NCBI GenBank assembly: GCA_964291495.2
Contig: OZ219872.1
Span: forward strand, 32,001-96,000
DNA: 64,000 nt
Reading direction: 5' to 3'
From: Dehalococcoidia bacterium
GTDB taxonomy: Bacteria > Chloroflexota > Dehalococcoidia > UBA2979
Shown: positions 37,323 through 46,391 of the stretch, piece after piece
Layout of the letters: each line of letters begins with the position of its first letter
Numbering within the stretch: the first letter of the stretch is position 1
The notes under the pieces: model-generated
What the model was told of the DNA's origin: nothing
Databases searched by the model: none
What the model saw: only the letters and a program-made list of their open reading frames with translations
Program-made: the position numbers and the translations under genes

Positions 37323-38207
37323 ATGCCCGACCCCACACCCGACGAGGCACGCCGCACGCTGCGCCCGAGCGAGGCGGAGGCGCTCGCCGCCTGGCGCACG
37401 CTGCACCATGCAGCCAACGGGCAGGGCGAGCGCATGCGCGAGGAGAGCCCGCCCGACGACGAGTGGGGCGCGATGGCCGACATCTTCGCGCCTGGCCCGG
37501 ACGCCTACCCCGCTCCCGAGCTGCCGCTGCTGGAGGCGCTCGCGAGACCCGAGGACCACTGGCTCGAGGTCGGCGCCGGCGCGGGGCGCCTCGCGATCCC
37601 GCTCGCCCGCCGCGTGCGGCGGATGACCGCCGTCGACCGCTCGCCGGGCATGACGGCGCGGCTGCGCGACGAGGCCGCCGCCTCCGGCCTCGACAACATC
37701 GAGGTGCTGCCGGCGATGGGCTGGCCGCCCGCGGGCGTACCCGGCGAGGCCGCGCCGATCGTCGACGTCGCGCTCTCGGCGAGCGTGCTCTTCTTCGTCG
37801 AGGAGGTCGGCGCCTTCCTCGACGCGCTCGAGGCGCACGCGCGGCGGCTCTGCGTGATCGTGCTGATGGACCACATGCCGGGCACGCCGCTGGAGCCGCT
37901 CTGGTCCGCGCTGCACGACGAGCCGGTCGCCGAGCTGCCCGCGCTGCGCGAGTTCCTCGCGGTCCTCGGCGCGCGGGGGCGAGCCTTCGACCTGACCACC
38001 ACCCCGCCGCCACCTCCGCCTCCGCTGCCGCGTGACGAGGTGATCGACTCGTTCCGGCGCCGCTACTTCGTCGCCCGGGGCTCGGCGCGCGAGCAACGCA
38101 TGCGCGAGCTGCTGGCGGAGCGCCATGCCGGCGACGACGGTCTGGTGACGCTGCCGCTCCCGTTCGCGCAGACCGCCGTGGTCAGCTGGGAGCCTCCCGC
38201 CTCCTGA
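37323..38207 (+). CDS. Class I SAM-dependent methyltransferase
   Basis: WLEVGAGAGRLAIPLA, MTAVDRSPGM. Confidence 0.85.
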   Translation: MPDPTPDEARRTLRPSEAEALAAWRTLHHAANGQGERMREESPPDDEWGAMADIFAPGPDAYPAPELPLLEALARPEDHWLEVGAGAGRLAIPLARRVRRMTAVDRSPGMTARLRDEAAASGLDNIEVLPAMGWPPAGVPGEAAPIVDVALSASVLFFVEEVGAFLDALEAHARRLCVIVLMDHMPGTPLEPLWSALHDEPVAELPALREFLAVLGARGRAFDLTTTPPPPPPPLPRDEVIDSFRRRYFVARGSAREQRMRELLAERHAGDDGLVTLPLPFAQTAVVSWEPPAS

Positions 38208-38271
38208 CGTCCGAGCGCCCCGGGGCGCGGCGGCGCTATGCCGCTCGCGCCCGATGCGTCACGATGCGCGC

Positions 38272-39573
38272 ATGACCCAGACCCGCGAGCGCACCGAGGC
38301 CGCGCCAACGCCTGTCTCCGTCGACGACATCGTCGCGGGCGGGTCGCGGCGTTTCCGCACGCTCGACTCGTTCCGCATCGTCAGCTTCCGCTGGTTCTTC
38401 ACATCGATGTTCGCGGGCTTCGCGGCGATGGGTGTGCAGATGTTCGTGGCCGGGTGGCTGACCTTCGAGCTCACCGGGTCGTTCGCGGCGCTCGGGGTGC
38501 TGCACCTCGCCGGTGGGATCACCGGCCTGCTGACGGCGCTGCCGGGGGGAGTCCTCGCGGACAAGGTCAAGCACCGCAAGCGCTTCATCCAGACCGGGCA
38601 GGCCGGCGGAGCGATTGCCTCGCTGGCGATGGCGCTGCTCGTCGCGAGCGGCGACGTGCAGTTCTGGCAGATCGCTGTCGGCTCCGCGCTGATCGCCGGG
38701 TCGCACACCCTCACGATGCCGGCGCGACAGGCGCTCACGCCCTCGGTCGTGGGGATGAAGCACCTGACGAACGCGATGGCGCTCTACACCACGGGGCAGA
38801 ACGCCTCGTTCTTGCTCATGCCCGCGCTCGCCGGCTGGATGATCGGCGCGCTCGGACCCGAGGGCAGCATCGCGGGCACGCAGTACGTCTACTACCTGAT
38901 GACCGCGTTCTACCTGGGCGCCCTGCTGCTCCTGATCCCGGTCGAGATCGGCCCGAGGGCCGCCGCCGCGCCATCGCGCGCCCTGGGCCAGCTCGCCGAC
39001 GGGCTGCGCTACGTGGCGCGCGACGACGTCATGCGGCCACTGCTGATCTACAACGGCGCCGTCGCGCTCTTCTGGATGACCTACATGACCCTGCTGCCGG
39101 GCTACGCCAAGGAGGTGCTCGGCGTCGGCGCGAGCGCCCTGGGAGTGCTGCTCAGCATGGGCGGACTGGGCGCAGTCGGGGGCTCGCTGGTCGTCGCCTC
39201 GATCCCCGGCGGTCAGCGCGGGCGCGTCTGGATGTTCAGCGTCGTCGTGATCGGCGTCGCGATGCTCGTCTTCGCCGTGAACACGCACTACTGGGTCGCC
39301 CTCGTCTGCGCCGTCGCGATCGGCATCGGGCAGGCCGGCTACCTTTCGCTCGGGAGCGTGCTGTTGCAGGCCTACACGGACGAAGACTTCCGAGGGCGCG
39401 CGCTGAGCGTCTACATGATGCAGTACGGGCTGATGTCGCTTGGCACGCTGCTCGTCAGCCTCATCGCGAACGCGATCGGCCCGCAGATCGCCGTCGGCCT
39501 CGCCTCCCTCGCGCTGCTCGCCATCACCGCCGCCCAGTTCATCGCACGCACGCCGCTCAGCCGCCTGCGCTGA
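38272..39573 (+). CDS. MFS transporter (DHA3/MFS_3-like)
   Basis: FRWFF, GWLTFELTGS, GGVLADK, PARQALTP, FRGRALSVY; start taken as ATG 38272. Confidence 0.9.
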   Translation: MTQTRERTEAAPTPVSVDDIVAGGSRRFRTLDSFRIVSFRWFFTSMFAGFAAMGVQMFVAGWLTFELTGSFAALGVLHLAGGITGLLTALPGGVLADKVKHRKRFIQTGQAGGAIASLAMALLVASGDVQFWQIAVGSALIAGSHTLTMPARQALTPSVVGMKHLTNAMALYTTGQNASFLLMPALAGWMIGALGPEGSIAGTQYVYYLMTAFYLGALLLLIPVEIGPRAAAAPSRALGQLADGLRYVARDDVMRPLLIYNGAVALFWMTYMTLLPGYAKEVLGVGASALGVLLSMGGLGAVGGSLVVASIPGGQRGRVWMFSVVVIGVAMLVFAVNTHYWVALVCAVAIGIGQAGYLSLGSVLLQAYTDEDFRGRALSVYMMQYGLMSLGTLLVSLIANAIGPQIAVGLASLALLAITAAQFIARTPLSRLR

Positions 39574-39592
39574 CGGCGGGGAGGAGGGCCCC

Positions 39593-40993
39593 GTGCCCGC
39601 ACCCGATGCCATCGAGGCACCCGACCCGCAGCCCTTCGAGCTGACGATCGCCGAGGCGGCAGCCGCGCTGCGCGACGGCTCGCTGACGGCGGCCGCGCTG
39701 ACCGAGTCCGTCCTCGCGCGCATCGAGGAGACCGAGCCCGCGCTCAACGCCTACGTGCTCGTCACGGCGGACCTCGCGCGCGAGCAGGCGGCGCGCGCCG
39801 ACGCGGAGCTGGCGAGCGGCGTCGATCGCGGGCCGTTGCACGGCATCCCGTTCGCGCTCAAGGATCTGTTCGACACCGCCGGCATCGTGACCACGGCCGG
39901 TTCCGGCTTCCTCCGCGATCGCGTCCCCGGGGAGGATGCGTTCGTCGTCGCGAAGCTGTACGAGGCGGGCATGGTCCTCACGGGCAAGCTCGGCATGCAC
40001 GAGTTCGCCTTCGGCACCACCAGCGACAACGCGCACTTCGGGACGATTCGCAACCCATGGAACACCGACTACACGCCGGGCGGCAGCAGCGGCGGCAGCG
40101 GTGCGGCGGCGGCGGCCGGGTCCGCCCTCGGCACGCTCGGCAGCGACACCGGCGGCTCGATCCGCATCCCTGCCGCCGCCTGCGGCGTCGCCGGCCTGAA
40201 GCCGACGCGCGGGCTGGTGAGCCGCAGCGGCGTCGTCCCGCTCTCGCACACGCTCGACCACGCGGGCCCGCTGACGAAGAGCGTCGAGGACTCGGCGCTG
40301 ATCCTGAACGCCATCGCCGGGTACGACCCCGCCGACTCGCAATCCCTGGAACGCCCACCCGAGGACTTCACGCGCGAGCTCGGCCGCGACCTCGCCGGGC
40401 TGCGCCTTGGCGTGCCACGCGACCCGATGTGGGCGAACTGCGCCGACGAGGTGGTAGCCGTCTGCGAGGCGGCCCTCGATGAGTTGCGCGCGCTCGGCGC
40501 CGAGACGGTCGAGGTCGAACTGCCGAGCTTCGCCGCCTCGAGGCGGCTGGTGATCAGCCCGGTCGAGGGCGCCGCGTTCCACGAACCGTGGCTCCGCGAC
40601 CATCCCGAGCGGTACAGCGACGAGGTCCGCGGGAAGATCGCGGCCGGCCTCGACCGCTCGGCGATCGAGTACGTCCGCGATCTTCAGACGCGCGCGGCGA
40701 TCGAGCGCGAGTTGCTCGCTGTGTTGGGGACGGTCGACCTGCTGGTCTCGCCCACGCTCCGGCGCACCGTGCCGACGGTGGCCGAGGGCGACCCCGAATC
40801 GATCCTCGCGAGCAACACGCGGGCCTACAACCTCTCCGGCCTGCCCGCGGTCAGCGTGCCCTGCGGCCTCGATGGCAACGGGCTGCCGGTCGGGTTGATG
40901 ATCGCCGGGCGCCCCTTCGCGGAGGCGACCGTCTGCCGCGCCGCTCACGCCTGCGAGCAGGCGACGGGCTGGCCGCGCCGCCCGCCGCTCTAG
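39593..40993 (+). CDS. Amidase-signature family protein
   Basis: GGAGGAGG SD, GTG 39593; GPLHGIPFALKD, PGGSSGGS, GSDTGGSIRIPA. Confidence 0.93.
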   Translation: MPAPDAIEAPDPQPFELTIAEAAAALRDGSLTAAALTESVLARIEETEPALNAYVLVTADLAREQAARADAELASGVDRGPLHGIPFALKDLFDTAGIVTTAGSGFLRDRVPGEDAFVVAKLYEAGMVLTGKLGMHEFAFGTTSDNAHFGTIRNPWNTDYTPGGSSGGSGAAAAAGSALGTLGSDTGGSIRIPAAACGVAGLKPTRGLVSRSGVVPLSHTLDHAGPLTKSVEDSALILNAIAGYDPADSQSLERPPEDFTRELGRDLAGLRLGVPRDPMWANCADEVVAVCEAALDELRALGAETVEVELPSFAASRRLVISPVEGAAFHEPWLRDHPERYSDEVRGKIAAGLDRSAIEYVRDLQTRAAIERELLAVLGTVDLLVSPTLRRTVPTVAEGDPESILASNTRAYNLSGLPAVSVPCGLDGNGLPVGLMIAGRPFAEATVCRAAHACEQATGWPRRPPL

Positions 40994-41021
40994 CGCGCGG
41001 CTGCCTCCGCGAGTCGGGGGC

Positions 41022-42125
41022 TCAGGCCGGCAGCGGCTCGCCCGCGAGGATCGCGCGCGCCTCGGAGACCATGTCCTCAACCACCCGGGCGGCCGGGCGG
41101 ATCTCGTCGATCAGGCCCACGCCCTGGCCGGCGGCGACGTTCATGAACTCGTCGACGTGGTGGTCGTCGACCGCCTGCATCAGCTTCGCCATCAGCATCG
41201 GCTGGAGCGGCATACCGAGCGGCTCGGGCGCACCCGGCTGCTCCCAGGCGTCGATCATCTTCGAGCGCAGCCTCGCGGCGGGCTTGCCGGTGAGCGCGCG
41301 GCTCTTCGTCGAGTCCTCGGTCGCGGCGTTGACGAGCTTTTCCTTGAGGTAGGGGTCGATGTGCGACTCCGTGGTCGCCTGCCAGATCGTGCCGCTCCAG
41401 ACGCCGACCGCCCCGAGGGCGAGCGCGGCCACGAGGTGCTCGCCGCGCGTCACGCCCCCCGCCGCGAGGACCGGCGTGTCGTACTCGCGCGCCATCCTCG
41501 CCACCGCCGGGACGAGCGAGAAGGTGCCGATCCGCCCGGAGTGGGCGCCCGAGTCGCCGCCCTGCGCGATGATCAGGTCGACGCCCGCCTCGAACTCGCG
41601 GCGCGCCTGCCGCGTCATGCCGATCAGCCCCCAGACCTTCGTCCCGGCCGCGTGCGCGCGATCGAGGATGACGGCGGGGTTGCCGAGGCCCGAGGCGAAG
41701 ATCGGCACGCGCTCCTCGAGCGTCACGTCGATGTGGTCGCGGGCGCGCTGCAGCAGGTCCGCGCCGACCGAGGGCTGCCACGGCGGGGGCGTGCTCGGGT
41801 CCGGGATCTCGTTGTCGAGCTGCAGGCGCTCCACGAAGTCGCGGTGCCCCTGCGGGATCATCGCCTCGAGGTCCTCGACGTTGCCCTCCTGGAAGGTGGC
41901 GGGCAGCAGCGTGTCGATGCCGAACGGCTTGTCGCCGACCCGGTCGCGGATCCAGCGCACGTCGCGGCGGAACTCGTCCTTCTTGAGCTGCGTGGTGCCG
42001 AGCACGCCGATGCCGCCGGCGTTCGTCACGGCGGCGACGACCTCCTTGGTGTGGCAGAAGGCGACGATCGGGTACTCGCAGCCGTACTCCTCGCAGAGCC
42101 GCGTGCGCAGCGGGTCGTCGCTCAT
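41022..42125 (-). CDS. Nitronate monooxygenase/FabK-like flavin oxidoreductase
   Basis: AAVTNAGGIGVLG, KPFGID, IIAQGGDSGAHSG, PVLAAGG, AAGQGVG. Confidence 0.88.
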   Translation of the reverse strand: MSDDPLRTRLCEEYGCEYPIVAFCHTKEVVAAVTNAGGIGVLGTTQLKKDEFRRDVRWIRDRVGDKPFGIDTLLPATFQEGNVEDLEAMIPQGHRDFVERLQLDNEIPDPSTPPPWQPSVGADLLQRARDHIDVTLEERVPIFASGLGNPAVILDRAHAAGTKVWGLIGMTRQARREFEAGVDLIIAQGGDSGAHSGRIGTFSLVPAVARMAREYDTPVLAAGGVTRGEHLVAALALGAVGVWSGTIWQATTESHIDPYLKEKLVNAATEDSTKSRALTGKPAARLRSKMIDAWEQPGAPEPLGMPLQPMLMAKLMQAVDDHHVDEFMNVAAGQGVGLIDEIRPAARVVEDMVSEARAILAGEPLPA

Positions 42126-42229
42126 CGCTCACATCCGATCACTTCGCGCCGGGCGCCTCGTGCGCCGCAGGATACGGCGCGGCGCCGAGGCCGTACCAGC
42201 GCCGAGGCGACGCGCCCGGCCGGCCGGGC

Positions 42230-43000
42230 TCAGTCCTCGAACTCGAACAGCACGGGCGCGTGGTCGGACGGCTTCGGGCCCTTGCGGAAGTCGCGGTCGA
42301 TGCCCGCCGCTCGCAGCCGGCCCGCGAGGTCCGGACTGATCAGCGCGAGGTCGATGCGCATCCCCATGCCGCGGTGGAAGTGCCCCTGCCGGTAGTCCCA
42401 CCAGGTGTGCTGCACCGTCTCTGGCTCGACGACGCGGAAGCCGTCCGCCAGCCCCGCGCCGAACAGCGCGCCGAGGCGCTCCCGTTCCGGCGCGCTGGTG
42501 TGCGTCGCGCCCTCGAACTCCGCCGGATCCCAGACATCGACATCGGTCGGCGCGATGTTGTAATCACCCGCGATCACGAGCGGCCGGCCAGCGAGCTGCG
42601 CCGCGCGCTCCGCCATCGCATCGAGGAAGGCGAGCTTCGCCTCGTACATCGGGTCGTCCAGCGCGCGGCCGTTGACGACGTAGACGCTGACCGCGCGCAG
42701 GCCGGCCACGGTCGCCTCGATCCAGCGTGCGTCCTCCGGGAGCGGGCTGCCCGGCAACCCGCGCGCGACGTCCTCGATCGCGTGGTCCTCGCGGGCGAGG
42801 ATCGCGACGCCGGCCCAGCGCCCGCCGGACTCGTCGGCGGCCGTGTAGCCCGCCTCGCGCAGCGCGCCGGCGGGGAAGTCGCCGGGGGCGGTCTTGGTCT
42901 CCTGCAGGCAGACGACGTCCGGCTCATGCACGTGGAGGAACTCGAGCAGGCGCGGCATGCGTGCGCGCACCGAGTTGACGTTCCAGGTGGCGAGTTTCAC
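42230..43000 (-). CDS. xth: Exodeoxyribonuclease III (AP endonuclease)
   Basis: TWNVNSVRAR, CLQETK, GDYNIAP, TWWDYR, MRIDL, PSDHAPV. Confidence 0.95.
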   Translation of the reverse strand: MKLATWNVNSVRARMPRLLEFLHVHEPDVVCLQETKTAPGDFPAGALREAGYTAADESGGRWAGVAILAREDHAIEDVARGLPGSPLPEDARWIEATVAGLRAVSVYVVNGRALDDPMYEAKLAFLDAMAERAAQLAGRPLVIAGDYNIAPTDVDVWDPAEFEGATHTSAPERERLGALFGAGLADGFRVVEPETVQHTWWDYRQGHFHRGMGMRIDLALISPDLAGRLRAAGIDRDFRKGPKPSDHAPVLFEFED

Positions 43001-43368
43001 GCGCGCTCCGCGGCCCTCCCCCGAGGCCCCCGCTCGGGCTCGCCGAGCGGCGGGGGCCAGTAGCGCCAGCGTACGCGACCGAGCAAGGCCTCCGCGGAGA
43101 AGGCGCCGAGCGTGCGGCTGTCCGTGCTCCTCCGGGCGTTGTCGCCGAGCAGCCAGAGGTCGCCGGCGGGCTCGCGCACACGGATGCGCTTGACCAGCGC
43201 GCGGTCCGGTTGCCGGGGGTCGCGCGCGAGCACGATCTCGCCCTCGCGCGGCTCGTGGTCCGCCCAGGCGCGGCGGTCGACGATCACCCAGTCGCCGGGG
43301 CGCAGGGTGGGCAGCATGCTCTCGCCCGCGATCTCGTAGCGGGTGAAGCGCGCCGCGAGGCGCAGCAC
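42997..43368 (-). CDS. sodX: Nickel-SOD maturation protease (S26 family)
   Basis: GESMLPTL, LVKRI, LLGDN...STDSR; downstream of sodN; the true start is probably further upstream. Confidence 0.88.
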   Translation of the reverse strand: MLRLAARFTRYEIAGESMLPTLRPGDWVIVDRRAWADHEPREGEIVLARDPRQPDRALVKRIRVREPAGDLWLLGDNARRSTDSRTLGAFSAEALLGRVRWRYWPPPLGEPERGPRGRAAERA

Positions 43369-43462
43369 GAACCAGGCGAGCGCGCCCGCCGCCGCGCAGC
43401 AGGCGAGGGCGAACGCGAGATCGCCGCGGTGCGGCCCGCGTGCCGCCGGTTCGCCCGTCTGG

Positions 43463-43909
43463 CTAGACGGCCAGGTAGAACGGGACGTCGTCGCGGCCCT
43501 TGGTGGCCCAGAAGACGTTGTGGATCTCCTCGATCGTCGCGAGCAGCTGCTCGCCGGCCTCGACGCTCAGCTCGGTCTTGTTGCGGGAGCAGAGCTTGGC
43601 GGCGTTCCAGAACGTCTGCCAGAGGTCCGGGTAGTCCGCGGTGCGCTCCGGGTTGAAGTAGTCCGTCCAGAGGATGTTGAGCTCGCGCTTGGCCAGCTCC
43701 GCCTGCTCCTCCTTGATCGCGGTGAAGCGGGAGCGCGTGTTGTTCGTGGCTGCATCGTCGGCGTCGCCGAGGGCGACGATCTTCTGCGCCATCGAGAGCA
43801 CGGCCTCGGCGGCGATGCGCGCCGACGCCGGGTCATAGATGCCGCAGGGGCCGTCGCAGTGGGCCTCGGCGAGGCGGCGAGGGCGCAACAGGGTGGAGAG
43901 GAGGTGCAC
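43463..43909 (-). CDS. sodN: Nickel superoxide dismutase
   Basis: AGGGAG SD, GTG 43909; propeptide followed by the Ni-hook HCDGPCGIYDP; KEEQA, LWTDYF, FWATK. Confidence 0.97.
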   Translation of the reverse strand: MHLLSTLLRPRRLAEAHCDGPCGIYDPASARIAAEAVLSMAQKIVALGDADDAATNNTRSRFTAIKEEQAELAKRELNILWTDYFNPERTADYPDLWQTFWNAAKLCSRNKTELSVEAGEQLLATIEEIHNVFWATKGRDDVPFYLAV

Positions 43910-44112
43910 GTGGGGCTCCCTTCGCGGACGCACCGCGCGTGCGCCCAACAGCTTCCGTACGGGCGGCCGGCGCGGCGTTCGCCGTCGTGGACCGGCGCCG
44001 CCTATTGTCGGCACCCTCGCGAATAACGCAAGCGCGCGCCCTCGCAGCGCCCGAACGGCGGCGATGTGCTAGAGTCCGCACGCAGCGAGGATCTAGCACT
44101 CGAGGAGTCAAC

Positions 44113-44889
44113 GTGGATCTGCAATTCCTCAAGGTCGAGAAGCTCGGCCACATCTATCACATCCGCCTCAACCGGCCGGAGCGCCTGAACGCGATCGGCG
44201 CCCAGATCCGCCACGACCTCAACCAGGCCTGGTACGAGTTCGAGAACGACTCCGATCTGCGCATCGCTGTGGTCAGCGGCGAGGGCCGCATCTTCTCGGC
44301 GGGCCGCGACATCCGGGAGCAGGCCGGTGGCCGCCCGGAGATCAGCAACCCGGACGCTCCCGTCGCCAAGATGGGCTTCTACGGCGTCCCCGAGACCGAC
44401 AAGCCGATCATCACCGCCGTGCAGGGCGGCGCCTGGGGCGCGGGCTTCTACATCGTCTGCGGCTCCGACATCTGCGTCGCCGCCGAGGGCGCGCGCTTCG
44501 CGATGTCGGAGATCCCGACGGGCATCATCGGCCCGGCGCTGTTCGTGATCCTGCAGAACCTCTACTGGCTGCCGGGCTGCGAGATCGTGATCCGCGGCCA
44601 CCAGTTCGACGCGCAGCGCGCGTACGAGCTGGGCATCATCAACCACGTCGTGCCGGAGGCCGAGCTGATGTCGACCGCGATGGACATCGCCGAGGAGATC
44701 GCCGCGCTGCCGCCGGTGCACGTCCAGGTCACGAAGCAGCAGCTGATGATGGCGCGCCCGCGCCCGAACACCTACCAGTCGAACATCGCCTTCCCGCAGG
44801 CGCTCGATGGGCTGATGTCGCTCGAGGACACGCGCGAGGCGGCCGTCGCCTTCGCCGAGAAGCGCAAGCCGGTCTTCAAGGGCCGCTAG
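44113..44889 (+). CDS. Enoyl-CoA hydratase/isomerase (crotonase) family, paralog A
   Basis: GAGGAG SD; LNRPERLNA, FSAGRD, DKPIITAVQG, AFAEKRKPVFKGR; TGTGCTAGAGT extended -10 at 44065. Confidence 0.92.
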   Translation: MDLQFLKVEKLGHIYHIRLNRPERLNAIGAQIRHDLNQAWYEFENDSDLRIAVVSGEGRIFSAGRDIREQAGGRPEISNPDAPVAKMGFYGVPETDKPIITAVQGGAWGAGFYIVCGSDICVAAEGARFAMSEIPTGIIGPALFVILQNLYWLPGCEIVIRGHQFDAQRAYELGIINHVVPEAELMSTAMDIAEEIAALPPVHVQVTKQQLMMARPRPNTYQSNIAFPQALDGLMSLEDTREAAVAFAEKRKPVFKGR

Positions 44890-44904
44890 CAACCAACCAC
44901 GCGA

Positions 44905-44950
44905 GAGCACAAAGGGGCCGGCCCGTGGGCCGGCCCCTTTGCTTGTGCTC
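44905..44950 (+). terminator. Intrinsic terminator
   Basis: CAAAGGGGCCGGCCC/GGGCCGGCCCCTTTG stem with GAGCAC/GTGCTC extension. Confidence 0.85.
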
Positions 44951-44993
44951 CGACCGCTCACGGTCCCGCTTCCGCGATGTCGGCGACCGGCGA

Positions 44994-45022
44994 TTGACAC
45001 TCACGGAGTTCGTCGGGATGCT
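44994..45022 (+). promoter_or_regulatory. Putative sigma70 promoter of the LLM gene
   Basis: TTGACA-17-GATGCT. Confidence 0.55.
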
Positions 45023-45106
45023 GGCCTGCGGCACACGGCTCGCTGGCCCGTTTGCGCTCACCGAGGGCGCGCGGGCGGCGACTGAGAGAGCGAAGAGGAG
45101 CAGCGT

Positions 45107-46297
45107 GTGAAGGTCGACATCTTCTCGGAGATGCAGCAACCGAAGGAGCTCTGGGGCCCCGACGTCGAGAACCACGAGCACCGGCTGTTCGAGGAGACCC
45201 TCGCGCAGGCGAAGCTCGCCGACGAGATGGGCTACGGGATTTGGTGGGAGGTGGAGCACCACACCGCCGTCGAGTTCAGCTACAGCTCGGCGCCCGAGAT
45301 CATGCTCACCAACATCGCCGCCAACACGCAGAACCTGCGCGTCGGCCACTCCGCCGTCCTCTCCCCCTTCCGCTTCAACCACCCGATCCGGGTCGCCGAG
45401 CGCGCCGCCTTCCTGGACCATGTCAGCAACGGCCGCTTCGAACTCGGCCTCGCCCGGTCCACTATCCCTGAGTGGCGCACCTTCAACATCGACCCCGACG
45501 AGACGCGCGACCAGATGCAGCAAGCCTTCGAGATGATCCCGAAAATGTGGACCACCGACGACTTCTCCTGGAAGAGCGACTTCTACGAGATCAACAACGT
45601 CTCGATCATCCCGAAGCCCTACCAGAAGCCGCACCCGAAGCTCTGGCAGGCCTGCTCCAGCCCGACCTCGTTCGAGCAGGCGGGCCGCAACGGCGTCGGC
45701 GCGCTGGGCGTCACGCTCTGGGCCTCGCTCGACCAGGTCGCCGAGTGGATCGGCCTCTACCGCGATGCGATCAAGGAGTGCGAGCCGGTGGGCGAGGAGA
45801 TCAACGACCAGGTTGCCTTCTTCACCTTCGTGCATGCCGCCGAGAGCGAGCAGCAGGCGATGGAGAACGGCGCCGCCGACGCGGCCGCCTGGTACACCAA
45901 CGGCGCCTTCACCTTCTTCGAGGCGAAGGAGTCCTTCGTGCTCACCGCCAGGGAGCTGGAGGCGGCGGCGGCCGACCCGGCAGGCGGCGGCCTCACCGGC
46001 CAGTTCCTGCGCGAGCACGCCGACGACGCGGTGACCGAGGCGCAGCTGATCGTCGCGAAGGTCATGGAGGGTGAGGAAGTCACCCCCGAGGAGGTCTGGG
46101 AGGTCCTCTCCAAGCAGCACTCCCTGATCGTCGGCAGCCAGGACCAGGTTCGCGAGGGGATGAAGGTCTACCAGGAGGCCGGCATCGACCGCCTCATGTC
46201 CTTCCACCAGGTCGGCGCGATTCCGCACGAGGCGATCATGAAGAGCATCCGCCTCACCGGCGAGCTCATCCCGGAGTTCGACGCGGACGCCCGCTAG
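45107..46297 (+). CDS. LLM-class (luciferase-like) flavin-dependent oxidoreductase
   Basis: WEVEHH, HPIRVAERAAFLDHVSNGRFELGLAR, PKPYQKPHPKLW; GAGGAG SD. Confidence 0.93.
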   Translation: MKVDIFSEMQQPKELWGPDVENHEHRLFEETLAQAKLADEMGYGIWWEVEHHTAVEFSYSSAPEIMLTNIAANTQNLRVGHSAVLSPFRFNHPIRVAERAAFLDHVSNGRFELGLARSTIPEWRTFNIDPDETRDQMQQAFEMIPKMWTTDDFSWKSDFYEINNVSIIPKPYQKPHPKLWQACSSPTSFEQAGRNGVGALGVTLWASLDQVAEWIGLYRDAIKECEPVGEEINDQVAFFTFVHAAESEQQAMENGAADAAAWYTNGAFTFFEAKESFVLTARELEAAAADPAGGGLTGQFLREHADDAVTEAQLIVAKVMEGEEVTPEEVWEVLSKQHSLIVGSQDQVREGMKVYQEAGIDRLMSFHQVGAIPHEAIMKSIRLTGELIPEFDADAR

Positions 46298-46317
46298 ACA
46301 CCTCGCCGACTCGCAAC

Positions 46318-46345
46318 GAAGGCCGCCCGCTGGGCGGCCTTCTTG
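46318..46345 (+). terminator. Intrinsic terminator
   Basis: GAAGGCCGCCC-GCT-GGGCGGCCTTC hairpin between convergent genes. Confidence 0.8.
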
Positions 46346-46391
46346 CTATCCCCAGTCCGCAGCCGGGCGCGCCCGGCCGCCTCGCGGCGCG

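Noticed and set aside
39593-40993. gatA
   Set aside because: No gatB/gatC neighbours; follows an MFS gene; generic amidase signature only
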